Shown: positions 10,208 through 21,288 of the stretch, in pieces
Layout: every line of letters starts with the position of its first letter
How positions within the stretch are numbered: position 1 is the stretch's first letter
From: an uncultured delta proteobacterium
GTDB lineage: Bacteria > Myxococcota > Myxococcia > Myxococcales > Anaeromyxobacteraceae
Direction: 5' to 3'
Assembly: GCA_963828255.1 (NCBI GenBank)
Contig: CAWHDZ010000015.1
Location: 96,001-160,000, forward strand
Length of the DNA stretch: 64,000 bases
Notes under the pieces: model-generated
Seen by the model: the letters and a program-made list of their open reading frames with translations, nothing else
Told to the model about the DNA's origin: nothing
The model's database searches: none
Position numbers and translations under genes: made by a program

Positions 10208-11497
10208 CTACAGCATGGCCCGGCGCATGTCGCGCAGGAGCTCGGCCAGGTAGGCGGTGAAGCGGGCCCCGGCGACGCCGTCGATGACACGGTGGTCGTA
10301 GGAAAGGGAGAGCGGGAGCATCTTGCGGGGGGCGAATCGCTCGCCGTCCCAGATCGGACGCGTGGCGACGCGCGACGCTCCCAGGATGGCGACCTCGGGC
10401 GCGTTCACGATGGGTGTGAAAGCGGTCCCTCCGACGCCCCCCAGGCTGGAGATGGAGAAGCTGCCGCCCTGGATGTCGGTGGCGGCGAGCTTGCCGTCGC
10501 GCGCCCGGGCCGAGAGCTCCCCCAGCTCCCGGGCGATGTCCAGCACCCCCTTGCGGTCGGCGTCGCGGAGCACCGGGACGACCAGGCCGTTCGGGGTGTC
10601 GGCGGCGAACCCGACGTGGAAGTAGCGCTTCAGGACCAGGCTGTCGCCGTCCAGGGAGGAGTTGAAGTCGGGGAAGCGCCTCAGGGCGGCCACGCTGGCC
10701 TTCACCAGGAAGGCGAGCAGCGTGACCTTGGGCCCCTTGTCACCCAGCTCGGCGTTGAGCTTCACCCGGAAGTCCTCGAGGTCGGTCACGTCGGCCTCGT
10801 CGAACTGGGTGACGTGCGGGATCATCACCCAGTTGCGGGCCAGGTTGGCGCCGGCGATCTTGCGGATCCGGGAGAGGGGCCGGGTCTCCACCGGTCCGAA
10901 GCGGGCGAAGTCCACCCTGGGCCAGGGGAGCAGGTCGAGCCCCACGCCGCCCGGCACCTGACCGGCCAGCGCCTGCTTGACGAACTTCTGCACGTCCTCC
11001 TGGAGGACCCGGCCGCGCGGACCGCTGCCGGTGACCCGGGACAGGTCCACGCCCAGTTCCCTGGCGACCTTCCGGACCGCGGGCGAGGCGTGGGCCTGGA
11101 CGGACGGAGCTGGTCCGGAAGCGGCCACGGACGCGGGAACGGAGACCGGCACGGGTGCCGCCGCGGGTGCAGCGGCCGGCGGCGCAGCGGCAGCAGGCGC
11201 AGCGGGGGCAGTGGGTGCTGCGGGGGCAGCCGCCGGGGTCGCCGGGACGACCGACTCGCCCGCGGTCTCGAGCAGGACCACCAGCGACCCCTCGCCCACC
11301 CGGTCGCCGACCTTCACCCGGACCTCGCGCACCGTCCCGGCGAACGGGGAGGGTACGTCCATCGTCGCCTTGTCCGACTCCAGCGTGACGAGCGACGCGT
11401 CGGCCGCGACCGCCTCGCCGGGCTTCACCAGCACCTCGATGACCCCGACGTCCTTGAAGCCGCCGATGTTCGGGACCCGCACCTCGAGCACGCTCAT
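10208..11497 (-). CDS. aceF: Pyruvate dehydrogenase E2, dihydrolipoamide acetyltransferase (one lipoyl domain)
   Basis: LESDKATM lipoyl Lys, Ala/Pro linker, HASPAVRKVARE E3-binding domain, DHRVIDG. Confidence 0.95.
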   Translation of the reverse strand: MSVLEVRVPNIGGFKDVGVIEVLVKPGEAVAADASLVTLESDKATMDVPSPFAGTVREVRVKVGDRVGEGSLVVLLETAGESVVPATPAAAPAAPTAPAAPAAAAPPAAAPAAAPVPVSVPASVAASGPAPSVQAHASPAVRKVARELGVDLSRVTGSGPRGRVLQEDVQKFVKQALAGQVPGGVGLDLLPWPRVDFARFGPVETRPLSRIRKIAGANLARNWVMIPHVTQFDEADVTDLEDFRVKLNAELGDKGPKVTLLAFLVKASVAALRRFPDFNSSLDGDSLVLKRYFHVGFAADTPNGLVVPVLRDADRKGVLDIARELGELSARARDGKLAATDIQGGSFSISSLGGVGGTAFTPIVNAPEVAILGASRVATRPIWDGERFAPRKMLPLSLSYDHRVIDGVAGARFTAYLAELLRDMRRAML

Positions 11498-11499
11498 GA

Positions 11500-14154
11500 T
11501 CACACCGTCCAGGGTGCGGGGCGGGAGCCGTCGATGCCGTACTTGCGCACGGCCTCGGCGGCGCGGGCCGCGGGGATGACCCCGTCGTCGGCGAGCGCCT
11601 TCAAGGCCGCGACCGCGACGTGGAAGCGGTCCACCTCGAAGAAGCTGCGCAGCTTCTCGCGGGTGTCGGAGCGGCCGAAGCCGTCGGTGCCGAGCACCAG
11701 GTAGCGCCGGGGGACGAAGGCCCGGATCTGATCCGCGTACGACCGGACGTAGTCGGTCGCGGCGATGACCGGCCCCTTCGTGGCGGAGAGCCTCTGCTCC
11801 ACGAACGACAGGCGTTGCTTCGCCTCGGGGTGAAGGAGGTTCTCCCGGGCCGCGGCGTTCCCCTCGCGGGCGAGCTCGGTGAAGCTGGGGGCGCTCCAGA
11901 GGTCGGACTCGACGCCCCAGTCGGCGCGCAGGAGTTCCGCCGCCGCCGCGACCTCGTGGAAGATGGCTCCCGAGCCGAGGAGCTGGACCCGCGGCGCGCC
12001 GGGTGCGTCGCCTCCCTTGCGGAAGAGGTAGAGCCCGCGGCGGATCCCGTCCTCGACCCCTTCCGGCATGGCCGGCTGCCGGTGGTTCTCGTTGAGGAGC
12101 GTCAGGTAGTAGTAGACGTCCTCCTGGGCCTCGTGCATGCGCCGCAGGCCGTCCTGGATGATCACCGCCACCTCGTAGCCGAAGGCCGGGTCGTAGGAGA
12201 CCGCGTTGGGGATGGTGGCCGAGATGACGTGGGAGTGGCCGTCCTGGTGCTGGAGACCCTCGCCGTTCAGCGTGGTGCGCCCCGACGTGCCGCCGAGCAG
12301 GAACCCGCGCGAGCGCATGTCGCCGGCGGCCCAGGCCAGGTCGCCGACCCGCTGGAAGCCGAACATCGAGTAGAAGATGTAGAAGGGGATCATCGGCACG
12401 CCGTGCACCGAGTAGGAGGTGGCCGCGGCGATCCAGTCGGCCATGGCGCCGGCCTCGTTGATCCCCTCCTGCAGGATCTGCCCCTTCTTGTCCTCCTTGT
12501 AGAAGGAGAGCTGGTCGGCGTCCTGGGGCGTGTAGAGCTGCCCGACGTGGCTCCAGATGCCGAGCTGCCGGAACATGCCCTCCATGCCGAAGGTGCGCGA
12601 CTCGTCGGCGACGATGGGCACGACGTGCGGGGCGACGGTCTTGTCCCGCAGCAGGATCTGTAGAAATTGCACGAAGGCCATGGTGGTGGAGATCTCGCGG
12701 TCGCCGCTGCCCGTGAGCAGCCGGGCGAAGGTGGCGAGCGGGGGGATGGGAAGCACCGTCGAACCGCCGCTGCGGCGGGGCCGGTCGCCGCCCAGATCGG
12801 TGCGGCGGGTCTTCATGTACTCGAGCTCCCGCGAGCCCTCCTCGAACTTCACGTACGGCACCTCCTCGAGCCGGTCGTCCGGCACCGGGATCTGGAAGCG
12901 GTCGCGGAAGCGGCGGATGGCCTCCACCGACATCTTCTTCTGCTGGTGGGTGATGTTCTGGGCCTCGCCCGACTCGCCCATGCCGTAGCCCTTCACGGTC
13001 TTGGCGAGGATCAGGGTGGGCTCGCCCTGGTGCTGCATGGCGGCCTGGTAGGCGGCGAAGACCTTGAACGGGTCGTGGCCGCCGCGGTTCAGGTTCCAGA
13101 TGTCCTCGTCGGAGTAGTCGGCCACCATGGCCCTGAGCTCCGGCGTGTTGAAGAAGTGCTCCCGGACGTAGGTCCCGTTCTTGGCCTTGTAGGTCTGGTA
13201 GTCGCCGTCCACGGCCTCCATCATGCGGCGCTGCAGGGCGCCGGTCCTGTCGCGGGCCAGCAGGGGATCCCAGTGGCGCCCCCAGACCACCTTGATGACG
13301 TTCCAGCCGGCGCCCCGGAACTCGCTCTCCAGCTCCTGGATGATCTTCCCGTTGCCGCGCACCGGCCCGTCGAGCCGCTGGAGGTTGGCGTTCACCACGA
13401 AGACCAGGTTGTCGAGCTTCTCGCGCCCGGCCATGCCGATGGCGCCCATGGACTCCGGCTCGTCCATCTCGCCGTCGCCGGTGAGCGCCCAGACCTTCCG
13501 CCCCTGGGTCTTCGCCATGCCGCGGTCGTCCAGGTACTTCATGAAGCGGGCCTGGTAGATGGCCATGAGCGGCCCGAGCCCCATCGACACGGTGGGGAAG
13601 TTCCAGAACTTCGGCATGAGCCAGGGGTGCGGGTAGGAGGAGATCCCCCGGCCGTCCACCTCCTGGCGGAAGCGGTCGAGTTGCCCCTCGCTGAGCAGCC
13701 CGAGCAGGAAGGCGCGTGCGTAGATTCCCGGCGCCGAGTGGCCCTGGATGAAGACCAGGTCGCCCCCCTGCTCCTTGGTGGCCGCGCGCCAGAAGTGGTT
13801 GTAGCCGATGTCGTAGAGCATCGCCGCCGAGGCGAAGCTGGCGATGTGGCCGCCCACGTTGGTGTCCTTGTTGGCCCGGATCACCATGGCCATGGCGTTC
13901 CACCGGATGAAGTGGCGGATGCGCTGCTCGAGCTCGAAGTCGCCCGGGAGCGGAGGCTGCCGCTCCACCGGGATGGTGTTCACGTAGGCGGTGTTGGCCG
14001 AGAAGGGGAGGTAGGCGCCGGAGCGGCGGGCGCGGTCGATGAGCTTCTCGATGAGCCAGTGGGCGCGGTCCGGCCCTTCCCGGGCGATGACGCCCTCGAG
14101 GGCGTCGATCCATTCACCGGTTTCCTGTGGGTCCACGTCGGGTGGGCGGTCCAT
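11500..14154 (-). CDS. aceE: Pyruvate dehydrogenase E1, homodimeric type
   Basis: DVDPQETGEW, GGHIASF, SYPHPWLMP, GDGEMDEPES, GTDGFGRSD. Confidence 0.97.
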   Translation of the reverse strand: MDRPPDVDPQETGEWIDALEGVIAREGPDRAHWLIEKLIDRARRSGAYLPFSANTAYVNTIPVERQPPLPGDFELEQRIRHFIRWNAMAMVIRANKDTNVGGHIASFASAAMLYDIGYNHFWRAATKEQGGDLVFIQGHSAPGIYARAFLLGLLSEGQLDRFRQEVDGRGISSYPHPWLMPKFWNFPTVSMGLGPLMAIYQARFMKYLDDRGMAKTQGRKVWALTGDGEMDEPESMGAIGMAGREKLDNLVFVVNANLQRLDGPVRGNGKIIQELESEFRGAGWNVIKVVWGRHWDPLLARDRTGALQRRMMEAVDGDYQTYKAKNGTYVREHFFNTPELRAMVADYSDEDIWNLNRGGHDPFKVFAAYQAAMQHQGEPTLILAKTVKGYGMGESGEAQNITHQQKKMSVEAIRRFRDRFQIPVPDDRLEEVPYVKFEEGSRELEYMKTRRTDLGGDRPRRSGGSTVLPIPPLATFARLLTGSGDREISTTMAFVQFLQILLRDKTVAPHVVPIVADESRTFGMEGMFRQLGIWSHVGQLYTPQDADQLSFYKEDKKGQILQEGINEAGAMADWIAAATSYSVHGVPMIPFYIFYSMFGFQRVGDLAWAAGDMRSRGFLLGGTSGRTTLNGEGLQHQDGHSHVISATIPNAVSYDPAFGYEVAVIIQDGLRRMHEAQEDVYYYLTLLNENHRQPAMPEGVEDGIRRGLYLFRKGGDAPGAPRVQLLGSGAIFHEVAAAAELLRADWGVESDLWSAPSFTELAREGNAAARENLLHPEAKQRLSFVEQRLSATKGPVIAATDYVRSYADQIRAFVPRRYLVLGTDGFGRSDTREKLRSFFEVDRFHVAVAALKALADDGVIPAARAAEAVRKYGIDGSRPAPWTV

Positions 14155-14259
14155 CGATGCTCCTCGGCCGGGTTTCCCATGAGGTTAACTGGGAATCCGG
14201 CCGGGAGCATGGAACAGCGGGGCGATATCACATGAGGACCAAGGTGCCAGGGCGTGCGG

Positions 14260-15681
14260 TCACCCGCCGGCGAGCTTCAACCCCGCGTCGAGCCGGGCGA
14301 GCGACTCCTCCCGTCCGAGGAGCAGGATCACGTCGTAGATCCCCGGCGACGCCGTGCCGCCGGTGAGCGCCACCCGGACCGGCTGGGCCACCTTCCCGAG
14401 CCCGAGCGACCGCGCCGCGGCCACGTCGTGGAAGAGCTTCTCGAGCCCTGCAGCGTCGAGCGCCGCGCTGGCCGCGACGCCGTCGCGGATGGCCTGGAGG
14501 ATCGGCGCCGCGTCGGTCCCGAGGAACTTCTCCCGGGCCTTCGGGTCCATCTCCACCGGGGAGAAGTAGCAGCGGGACTGGGAGACCAGGTCCACGAGCG
14601 TCTTGGCCCGCTCCTGGTAGGCCCTGGCGATGGCCGGGAGGCGCGGGTCGCCTTCCACCTCGAGCCCCGCCGCGCGGTAGTAGGGCAGCGCACGCCGGGC
14701 CAGCTCCGCCGGCGCCAGCGACTTCACCCACGTCTGGTTCACCCAGACCATCTTCTCCGGGTTGAAGACGCTGGCCGTGTCCCCCACGTGGTCGAAGCCG
14801 AAGTGCTTCACCAGTTCACCCATGGTGAATATTTCCTGGTCGCCATGGGACCAGCCGAGGCGCACCAGGTAGTTCACCACCGCCTCGGGCAGGAACCCCA
14901 TGTCGCGGTAGGCGGTCACGCTGGTGGCGCCGTGGCGCTTGGAGAGGCGGGTCTTGTCGGCACCCAGGATCATGGGCAGGTGGGCGAAGGCCGGGACCGG
15001 GTAGCCGAGGGCCTCGTAGAGGAGCACCTGGACCGCGGTGTTGTTCACGTGGTCGTCGCCCCGGGCCACCAGGTTGATCTCCATGGTGACGTCGTCGACC
15101 ACCGCGCCGAAGTTGTAGAGCGGGACGCCGTCGGCCCGGACGATGACCTCGTCCTGCAGGGTCGAGCCGGGGCGGGTGATGGCCCCCTTCACGAGATCGG
15201 TGAAGGTCAGCTCGAGCAGCTTGGGGAGGCGAAATCGGATGACGTGGCGGCGCGACGGATCGTAGGCGAGGTCGCGGCAGGTACCCGGGTAGATGAACTG
15301 CCGCTTCTCGGCCTTGGCCAGCTCGCGCTGGGCGTCCAGGTCCTCCTTGGAGCAGTAGCAGGCGTAGGCCTTGCCGGCCTTCACGAGCTTCTCGGCGTAC
15401 TCCTCGTAGAGGCCGAGCCGCTGCATCTGGAAGTACGGGCCGAAGGGGCCGCCCACGTCGGGCCCCTCGTCCCAGTCGAGGCCCAGCCAGCGCATCCCGT
15501 CGAGGATGGCGCGCACCGCCTCCTCGGTGGAGCGCTCCCGGTCGGTGTCCTCGATGCGCAGGATGAACTTGCCGCCGGTGTGGCGGGCCCAGAGCCAGTT
15601 GAGGAGCGCCGCGCGGGCCCCCCCGATGTGGAGGTAGCCGGTGGGGGACGGGGCGAAGCGGACACGGACCGGAGCGCTCAT
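14260..15681 (-). CDS. gltX: Glutamate--tRNA ligase
   Basis: RFAPSPTGYLHIGG, RIEDTD, RGDDH, LSKRHG. Confidence 0.96.
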   Translation of the reverse strand: MSAPVRVRFAPSPTGYLHIGGARAALLNWLWARHTGGKFILRIEDTDRERSTEEAVRAILDGMRWLGLDWDEGPDVGGPFGPYFQMQRLGLYEEYAEKLVKAGKAYACYCSKEDLDAQRELAKAEKRQFIYPGTCRDLAYDPSRRHVIRFRLPKLLELTFTDLVKGAITRPGSTLQDEVIVRADGVPLYNFGAVVDDVTMEINLVARGDDHVNNTAVQVLLYEALGYPVPAFAHLPMILGADKTRLSKRHGATSVTAYRDMGFLPEAVVNYLVRLGWSHGDQEIFTMGELVKHFGFDHVGDTASVFNPEKMVWVNQTWVKSLAPAELARRALPYYRAAGLEVEGDPRLPAIARAYQERAKTLVDLVSQSRCYFSPVEMDPKAREKFLGTDAAPILQAIRDGVAASAALDAAGLEKLFHDVAAARSLGLGKVAQPVRVALTGGTASPGIYDVILLLGREESLARLDAGLKLAGG

Positions 15682-15714
15682 GGGCGCGGAAACTAGCACA
15701 ACCGGGAGGCGCCA

Positions 15715-16542
15715 TCAGGACAGGACGACGCCGGCGTACCCCACCACGCTGCGATCGTCGCCGGTCACCTCCCCGGAGTTCGCGTAGCGCACCAACTCCG
15801 CCTTCCGGGCTCCCTGCGCCACCGCCGCCACGACCATGATGGTGGCCGGCACGAAGCCGCACATGGAGATGTCCTCCCGGGAGACCACCTCGTGGAGCCC
15901 GCGCGCGTCGAGCGCCAGGATCCGGTCGAGCGCCAGCCGGTCCTTGGCGCGCGCCACCGCCGCCGGGAGGTAGTGGCTCATGTCGCTCGAGGCGACCACG
16001 AGCGCCTCGTGGCGCGCCGCCACCCGGGCCAGCCCCTCCCCGATCTCCTCGCACCGGGAGTACGACAGGCCGGACACGCAGACCGCTGCGATGGCGACGT
16101 CGGGACGCCGGACCTGGAGGAAGGGGAGCTGGACCTCGAGCGCGTGCTCGAGCCGGTGCGCCTCGCGGTCGGGGGTGGCGAGCCCGGCCTCGACGATCTC
16201 CCGGGTCATCCCCTCGTCCACCGCGACCGGGCCGAGCGGGGTCGCCCACGCCCCGCCGGGCCAGGCGGCGACGCGCTGCCCCCGCCCGGTGTGGTTCGGG
16301 CAGAGGACGATCACCCGCCGCGGGACGGCCACGCGCGCGAAGGTCGCCCCCGCCACCGCTCCCGAGTAGACGTACCCCGCGTGCGGGGAGAGGACGCCGA
16401 GGGCGACGCGGGGAACGACTGCGGAGCCCTCCCCGGAGGGCCCGGCCAGCAGGGAAGCCACCTCCCCGGCCAGCTCCCCGGGGCCGGACGGATAGAAACG
16501 GCCCGCGACCGCGGGTTCGCGCTCCCTCGCCACGTCGGGCAT
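15715..16542 (-). CDS. amrB: AmmeMemoRadiSam system protein B (MEMO1 family)
   Basis: REPAVAGRFYP, PHAGYVYSG, EHALEVQLPFLQ, ASSDMSHY, SMCG, VVGYAG. Confidence 0.9.
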   Translation of the reverse strand: MPDVAREREPAVAGRFYPSGPGELAGEVASLLAGPSGEGSAVVPRVALGVLSPHAGYVYSGAVAGATFARVAVPRRVIVLCPNHTGRGQRVAAWPGGAWATPLGPVAVDEGMTREIVEAGLATPDREAHRLEHALEVQLPFLQVRRPDVAIAAVCVSGLSYSRCEEIGEGLARVAARHEALVVASSDMSHYLPAAVARAKDRLALDRILALDARGLHEVVSREDISMCGFVPATIMVVAAVAQGARKAELVRYANSGEVTGDDRSVVGYAGVVLS

Positions 16543-16543
16543 G

Positions 16544-17278
16544 ATGCCGAGGATAGCACCGGCCACGCACACCGGGGGACCTCCCCCGACGACCCGGGAG
16601 CTCCTCCTCTCCTGGGGCCTGGTGGTGGGCGGGATCGGGGCCGCGTCGGCCCTCGCCGGGGTCGAGCCGACCGGACTCCTCCGGGGCAACCTGGCCGGGT
16701 TGGCCGCGCTCCTCTTCATCCTGGTGCCGGACCGGATCCTGCGAGCCCGGGGGGAGGGGTGGGAGGGGTATGGGCTGCCCTGGTGGGGAGCTGGCGACCC
16801 CCGCACCTGGAGGGCCTGGGGGCGCGCCGCCGCCGCTGGCCTGGCGGTGTCGCTGGTCGTCCTCCCCCTCTTCGCGGTGCTGCTCCTGGGGGGCGCCCGC
16901 CTGGCGGGGATCCCCGCCGCGTTCGAGCCGCGCCTGCCGCCAGGATTCGCGCTCGCCGTCGCCGTCCAGTTCCTGGTGGTCGCGCTCCCGGAGGAGCTCT
17001 TCTACCGGGGATTCATGCAGACCTCCTGGGGCCGGAAGGGTCCCTCCCGCCTCGTCCTGGGAGCGGAGATCGGCCCCGGCTTCCTGGCGACCCAGGCCCT
17101 CTTCGCGGCCGGCCACCTGGTGACGCTCCAGCCCTGGCGGCTCGCCACATTCTTCCCCGGGCTCCTCTTCGGCTGGCTCCGGGCCCGCACCGGCGGGGTC
17201 GTCGCGCCGGCGGTGGCCCACGCCCTCTCCAACCTGCTCGTCCTGTTCCTCGAGGCGAGCCTGGCGGCCCACCGATGA
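16544..17278 (+). CDS. CPBP/Rce1-family intramembrane glutamic protease, myxosortase-like (start uncertain)
   Basis: EELFYRG, FAAGH, RLATFFPGLLFGWLR, HALSN; multiple TM helices. Confidence 0.8.
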   Translation: MPRIAPATHTGGPPPTTRELLLSWGLVVGGIGAASALAGVEPTGLLRGNLAGLAALLFILVPDRILRARGEGWEGYGLPWWGAGDPRTWRAWGRAAAAGLAVSLVVLPLFAVLLLGGARLAGIPAAFEPRLPPGFALAVAVQFLVVALPEELFYRGFMQTSWGRKGPSRLVLGAEIGPGFLATQALFAAGHLVTLQPWRLATFFPGLLFGWLRARTGGVVAPAVAHALSNLLVLFLEASLAAHR

Positions 17279-17292
17279 TTAGGTTCAGATCC

Positions 17293-18342
17293 ATGCCTCC
17301 CACGATCCGCGCGATGCTCGAGGAGCAGGAGGCGGCGAGCCTGCACCCCCGGGCCGCGCTCTCCCGGAACACCCGCGGCCGCGACCGCGAGGACCCGGAG
17401 GACGACATGCGCCCCGCCTTCCAGCGGGACCGGGACCGCGTCCTCCACTCCAAGTCCTTCCGGAGGCTCATGGGCAAGACCCAGGTCTTCCTTGCGCCGC
17501 GCGGGGATCACTACCGCAACCGGCTCACCCACACGCTGGAGGTCGCGCAGGTGGGGCGCTCCATCGCCCGGGCGCTGCGGCTGAACGAGATGCTGGTCGA
17601 GGCCATGGTGATGGGGCACGACCTCGGGCACACCCCCTTCGGCCACGCCGGGGAGCGGGTGTTGAACCAGGTGATGCCCCACGGCTTCCACCACGTGCAG
17701 CAGTCCGTGCGGGTGGTCGAGGTGCTGGAGAAGGATGGGGACGGGCTGAACCTCACGATCGAGGTCCGAGACGGCATCCTGCGCCACTCCAAGGGGCGCG
17801 GGAACGTCCTCATGGCCGGCGGCGGGGCCAAGGCCCTGACGCTCGAGGCCGAGATCGTCCGCCTGGCGGACATCGTTGCCTACGTGAACCACGACCTCGA
17901 CGACGCCGTGCGGGGTGGGCTCCTGCGGGAGGAGGAGGTCCCCCGCGCGATCGCCTCCGTGCTCGGCGACCGCCACTCGGTGCGCCTGCACACCCTCATC
18001 GGCGACGTGATCCGCTCGTCGGACCTCGACGGGGGAGGGCACATCGCCATGTCGGGAGAGGTGCACGGCGCACTCCTCGCCCTGCGCGAGTTCCTCTACG
18101 CCCGCGTCTACGAGAACCCGGTGGTCCAGGACGAGTTCAAGAAGGCCCAGCGCATCCTCGAGGACCTGCACCGCTGGTGCCTGGAGGACGCCGAGCGGCT
18201 CCGGACCCGCTTCGGGGTGGCTCCGCGGCCGGGCGAGGACCTGCCCCGGGCGGTCGCCGACTTCCTCTCCGGAATGACCGATCGCTTCGCCATGGAGACC
18301 TGGGAGAAGGTCTTCGTGCCGCGCCCCTGGGCGATCGTTTGA
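17293..18342 (+). CDS. dgt: dGTP triphosphohydrolase (HD superfamily); alternative start 17275
   Basis: FQRDRDRVLHS, RRLMGKTQVF, RLTHTLEV, GHDLGHTPFGHAGE, AYVNHDLDD, GMTDRFA. Confidence 0.93.
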   Translation: MPPTIRAMLEEQEAASLHPRAALSRNTRGRDREDPEDDMRPAFQRDRDRVLHSKSFRRLMGKTQVFLAPRGDHYRNRLTHTLEVAQVGRSIARALRLNEMLVEAMVMGHDLGHTPFGHAGERVLNQVMPHGFHHVQQSVRVVEVLEKDGDGLNLTIEVRDGILRHSKGRGNVLMAGGGAKALTLEAEIVRLADIVAYVNHDLDDAVRGGLLREEEVPRAIASVLGDRHSVRLHTLIGDVIRSSDLDGGGHIAMSGEVHGALLALREFLYARVYENPVVQDEFKKAQRILEDLHRWCLEDAERLRTRFGVAPRPGEDLPRAVADFLSGMTDRFAMETWEKVFVPRPWAIV

Positions 18343-18368
18343 CAGCCCGCGCGGGGCGCGCCTACGAT
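18339..18368 (+). promoter_or_regulatory. sigma70-type promoter for the Hsp70 gene
   Basis: TTGACA (18339-18344)-N18-TACGAT (18363-18368). Confidence 0.6.
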
Positions 18369-18394
18369 CCCCACACCCCATTGACGGAAGGTCC

Positions 18395-19996
<1,602 letters not shown>

Positions 19997-20015
19997 GGGG
20001 AGCCTCCACACCGCG

Positions 20016-20567
20016 ATGGACGTTTCCTTCCGGATCGAGGTCGAGACGCTGGCCGAGGCGCTCGACCAGCTCGACTACTTCGCCGTCCTGAAGCTCGCCG
20101 CCACGGCGACGCCGGCGGAGATCCGCGCCGCCTACCACCGCGAGTCGAGGGTCTACCACCCCGACCGCTACGCCGCCGTGGACGACGAGCCGTTCCGCGA
20201 TCGGGTCGGGCGCATCTACCGGCGCATCAACGAGGCCTACACGGTGCTGCGCGACGACGCGCGCCGGAAGAAGTACGCCGGCGATCTGGCCGGTCCGGAG
20301 CGGGCTCGCAAGCTCCGCTTCTCGGAGGACGACGAGGCGGCCGTGAAGGAGGCCCAGAAGAAGCGGGCCGTCGAGCAGCTCGGGCAGACCCCCAACGGAC
20401 GGAAGTTCTACTCGGCCGCGCTGGCCGACGCGCAGGCCGGACGCTGGGAGGGCGTGGAGCGGAACTTGAGGATGGCGCTCGCCTACGAGCCGGCCAACGA
20501 GCGCTTCAAGGAGTTGCTCGTCCAGGCGGAGAAGAACCGTCCCAAGCAGGACTTCCGGATCAAGTAG
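20016..20567 (+). CDS. J-domain co-chaperone with short helical (TPR-like) C-terminus
   Basis: LDYFAVL, YHPDRY (HPD), INEAYTVLRD. Confidence 0.88.
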   Translation: MDVSFRIEVETLAEALDQLDYFAVLKLAATATPAEIRAAYHRESRVYHPDRYAAVDDEPFRDRVGRIYRRINEAYTVLRDDARRKKYAGDLAGPERARKLRFSEDDEAAVKEAQKKRAVEQLGQTPNGRKFYSAALADAQAGRWEGVERNLRMALAYEPANERFKELLVQAEKNRPKQDFRIK

Positions 20568-20574
20568 GGGCACG

Positions 20575-21288
20575 GTGCTCCTCGACGCCGTCCTGCTGCT
20601 CCTCCTCGCCGCGGCGTCGGTCCTCGGCGCGCTCGCGGGCCTCCTGCGCCCCCTCTTCCTCTTCGCCGGTGCCGCGCTCGGCTGGCTGGCGGCGCGCCAC
20701 CTCGCGGGGCCGGTCGGGAAATTGCTCGCCTCCCTGGTGCCCGTCTCCGCGTCGCGGGAGGTGGCGGCGGTCCTCCTCTTCGTCCTGATGACGGCGGTGG
20801 CCGCCTTCGTCGGACGGAAGCTCTCCCGCAACCGGGACGGGGAGGGGCGCCCCGTGGACAGGGCCGCCGGGGCGCTGCTCGCGGGGCTCGCGGCGGCCGC
20901 GTCGGCGTGGGTGGGACTCGCCGTGGCAGAGGCGGTGGCCCCTTCCCTGCCGGACCGCTGGCAGTCCGCCCTCGGGAAGAGCGACCTGGCCGCCCTGGTG
21001 CGGGAGAACGACCTCCTGGGAGAGTGGCGGCACCGCGCCGAGGCGGGGCTCGCGGCGCTCCTCGAGGCGGCCGACGGACCAGGCGGGGTGGCGCGTCTCT
21101 CCGGCGACCCCGATCTCCGGGCGCTGCTCGCCGACCCGCGGGTCCGGGCGCTGGTGGACGACGCCCGGGCGGCCGGCCGCGCCGACGTGGCGCGGTCCCC
21201 GGAGGCCCTGCGCCTGCTCTCCGACCCCAGCTTCCGGCAGAGGCTCGAGGCGGCGCAGGAGCGGCTCGACCGGGGCGTGACGCGCTGA
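20575..21288 (+). CDS. cvpA: CvpA-family membrane protein with C-terminal helical extension
   Basis: MLLDAVLL, G-x3-GLLR, four TM helices, PVDRAAGALL. Confidence 0.65.
   Translation: MLLDAVLLLLLAAASVLGALAGLLRPLFLFAGAALGWLAARHLAGPVGKLLASLVPVSASREVAAVLLFVLMTAVAAFVGRKLSRNRDGEGRPVDRAAGALLAGLAAAASAWVGLAVAEAVAPSLPDRWQSALGKSDLAALVRENDLLGEWRHRAEAGLAALLEAADGPGGVARLSGDPDLRALLADPRVRALVDDARAAGRADVARSPEALRLLSDPSFRQRLEAAQERLDRGVTR

Noticed and set aside
11150..11250. Repetitive GC tracts as CRISPR or mobile repeats
   Set aside because: They encode the Ala/Pro linker of AceF; no repeat-spacer periodicity seen anywhere in the window
17293..18342. dGTPase as an anti-phage defence system
   Set aside because: Short housekeeping-type Dgt in a core-gene context with host-like codon usage; no defence-island neighbours
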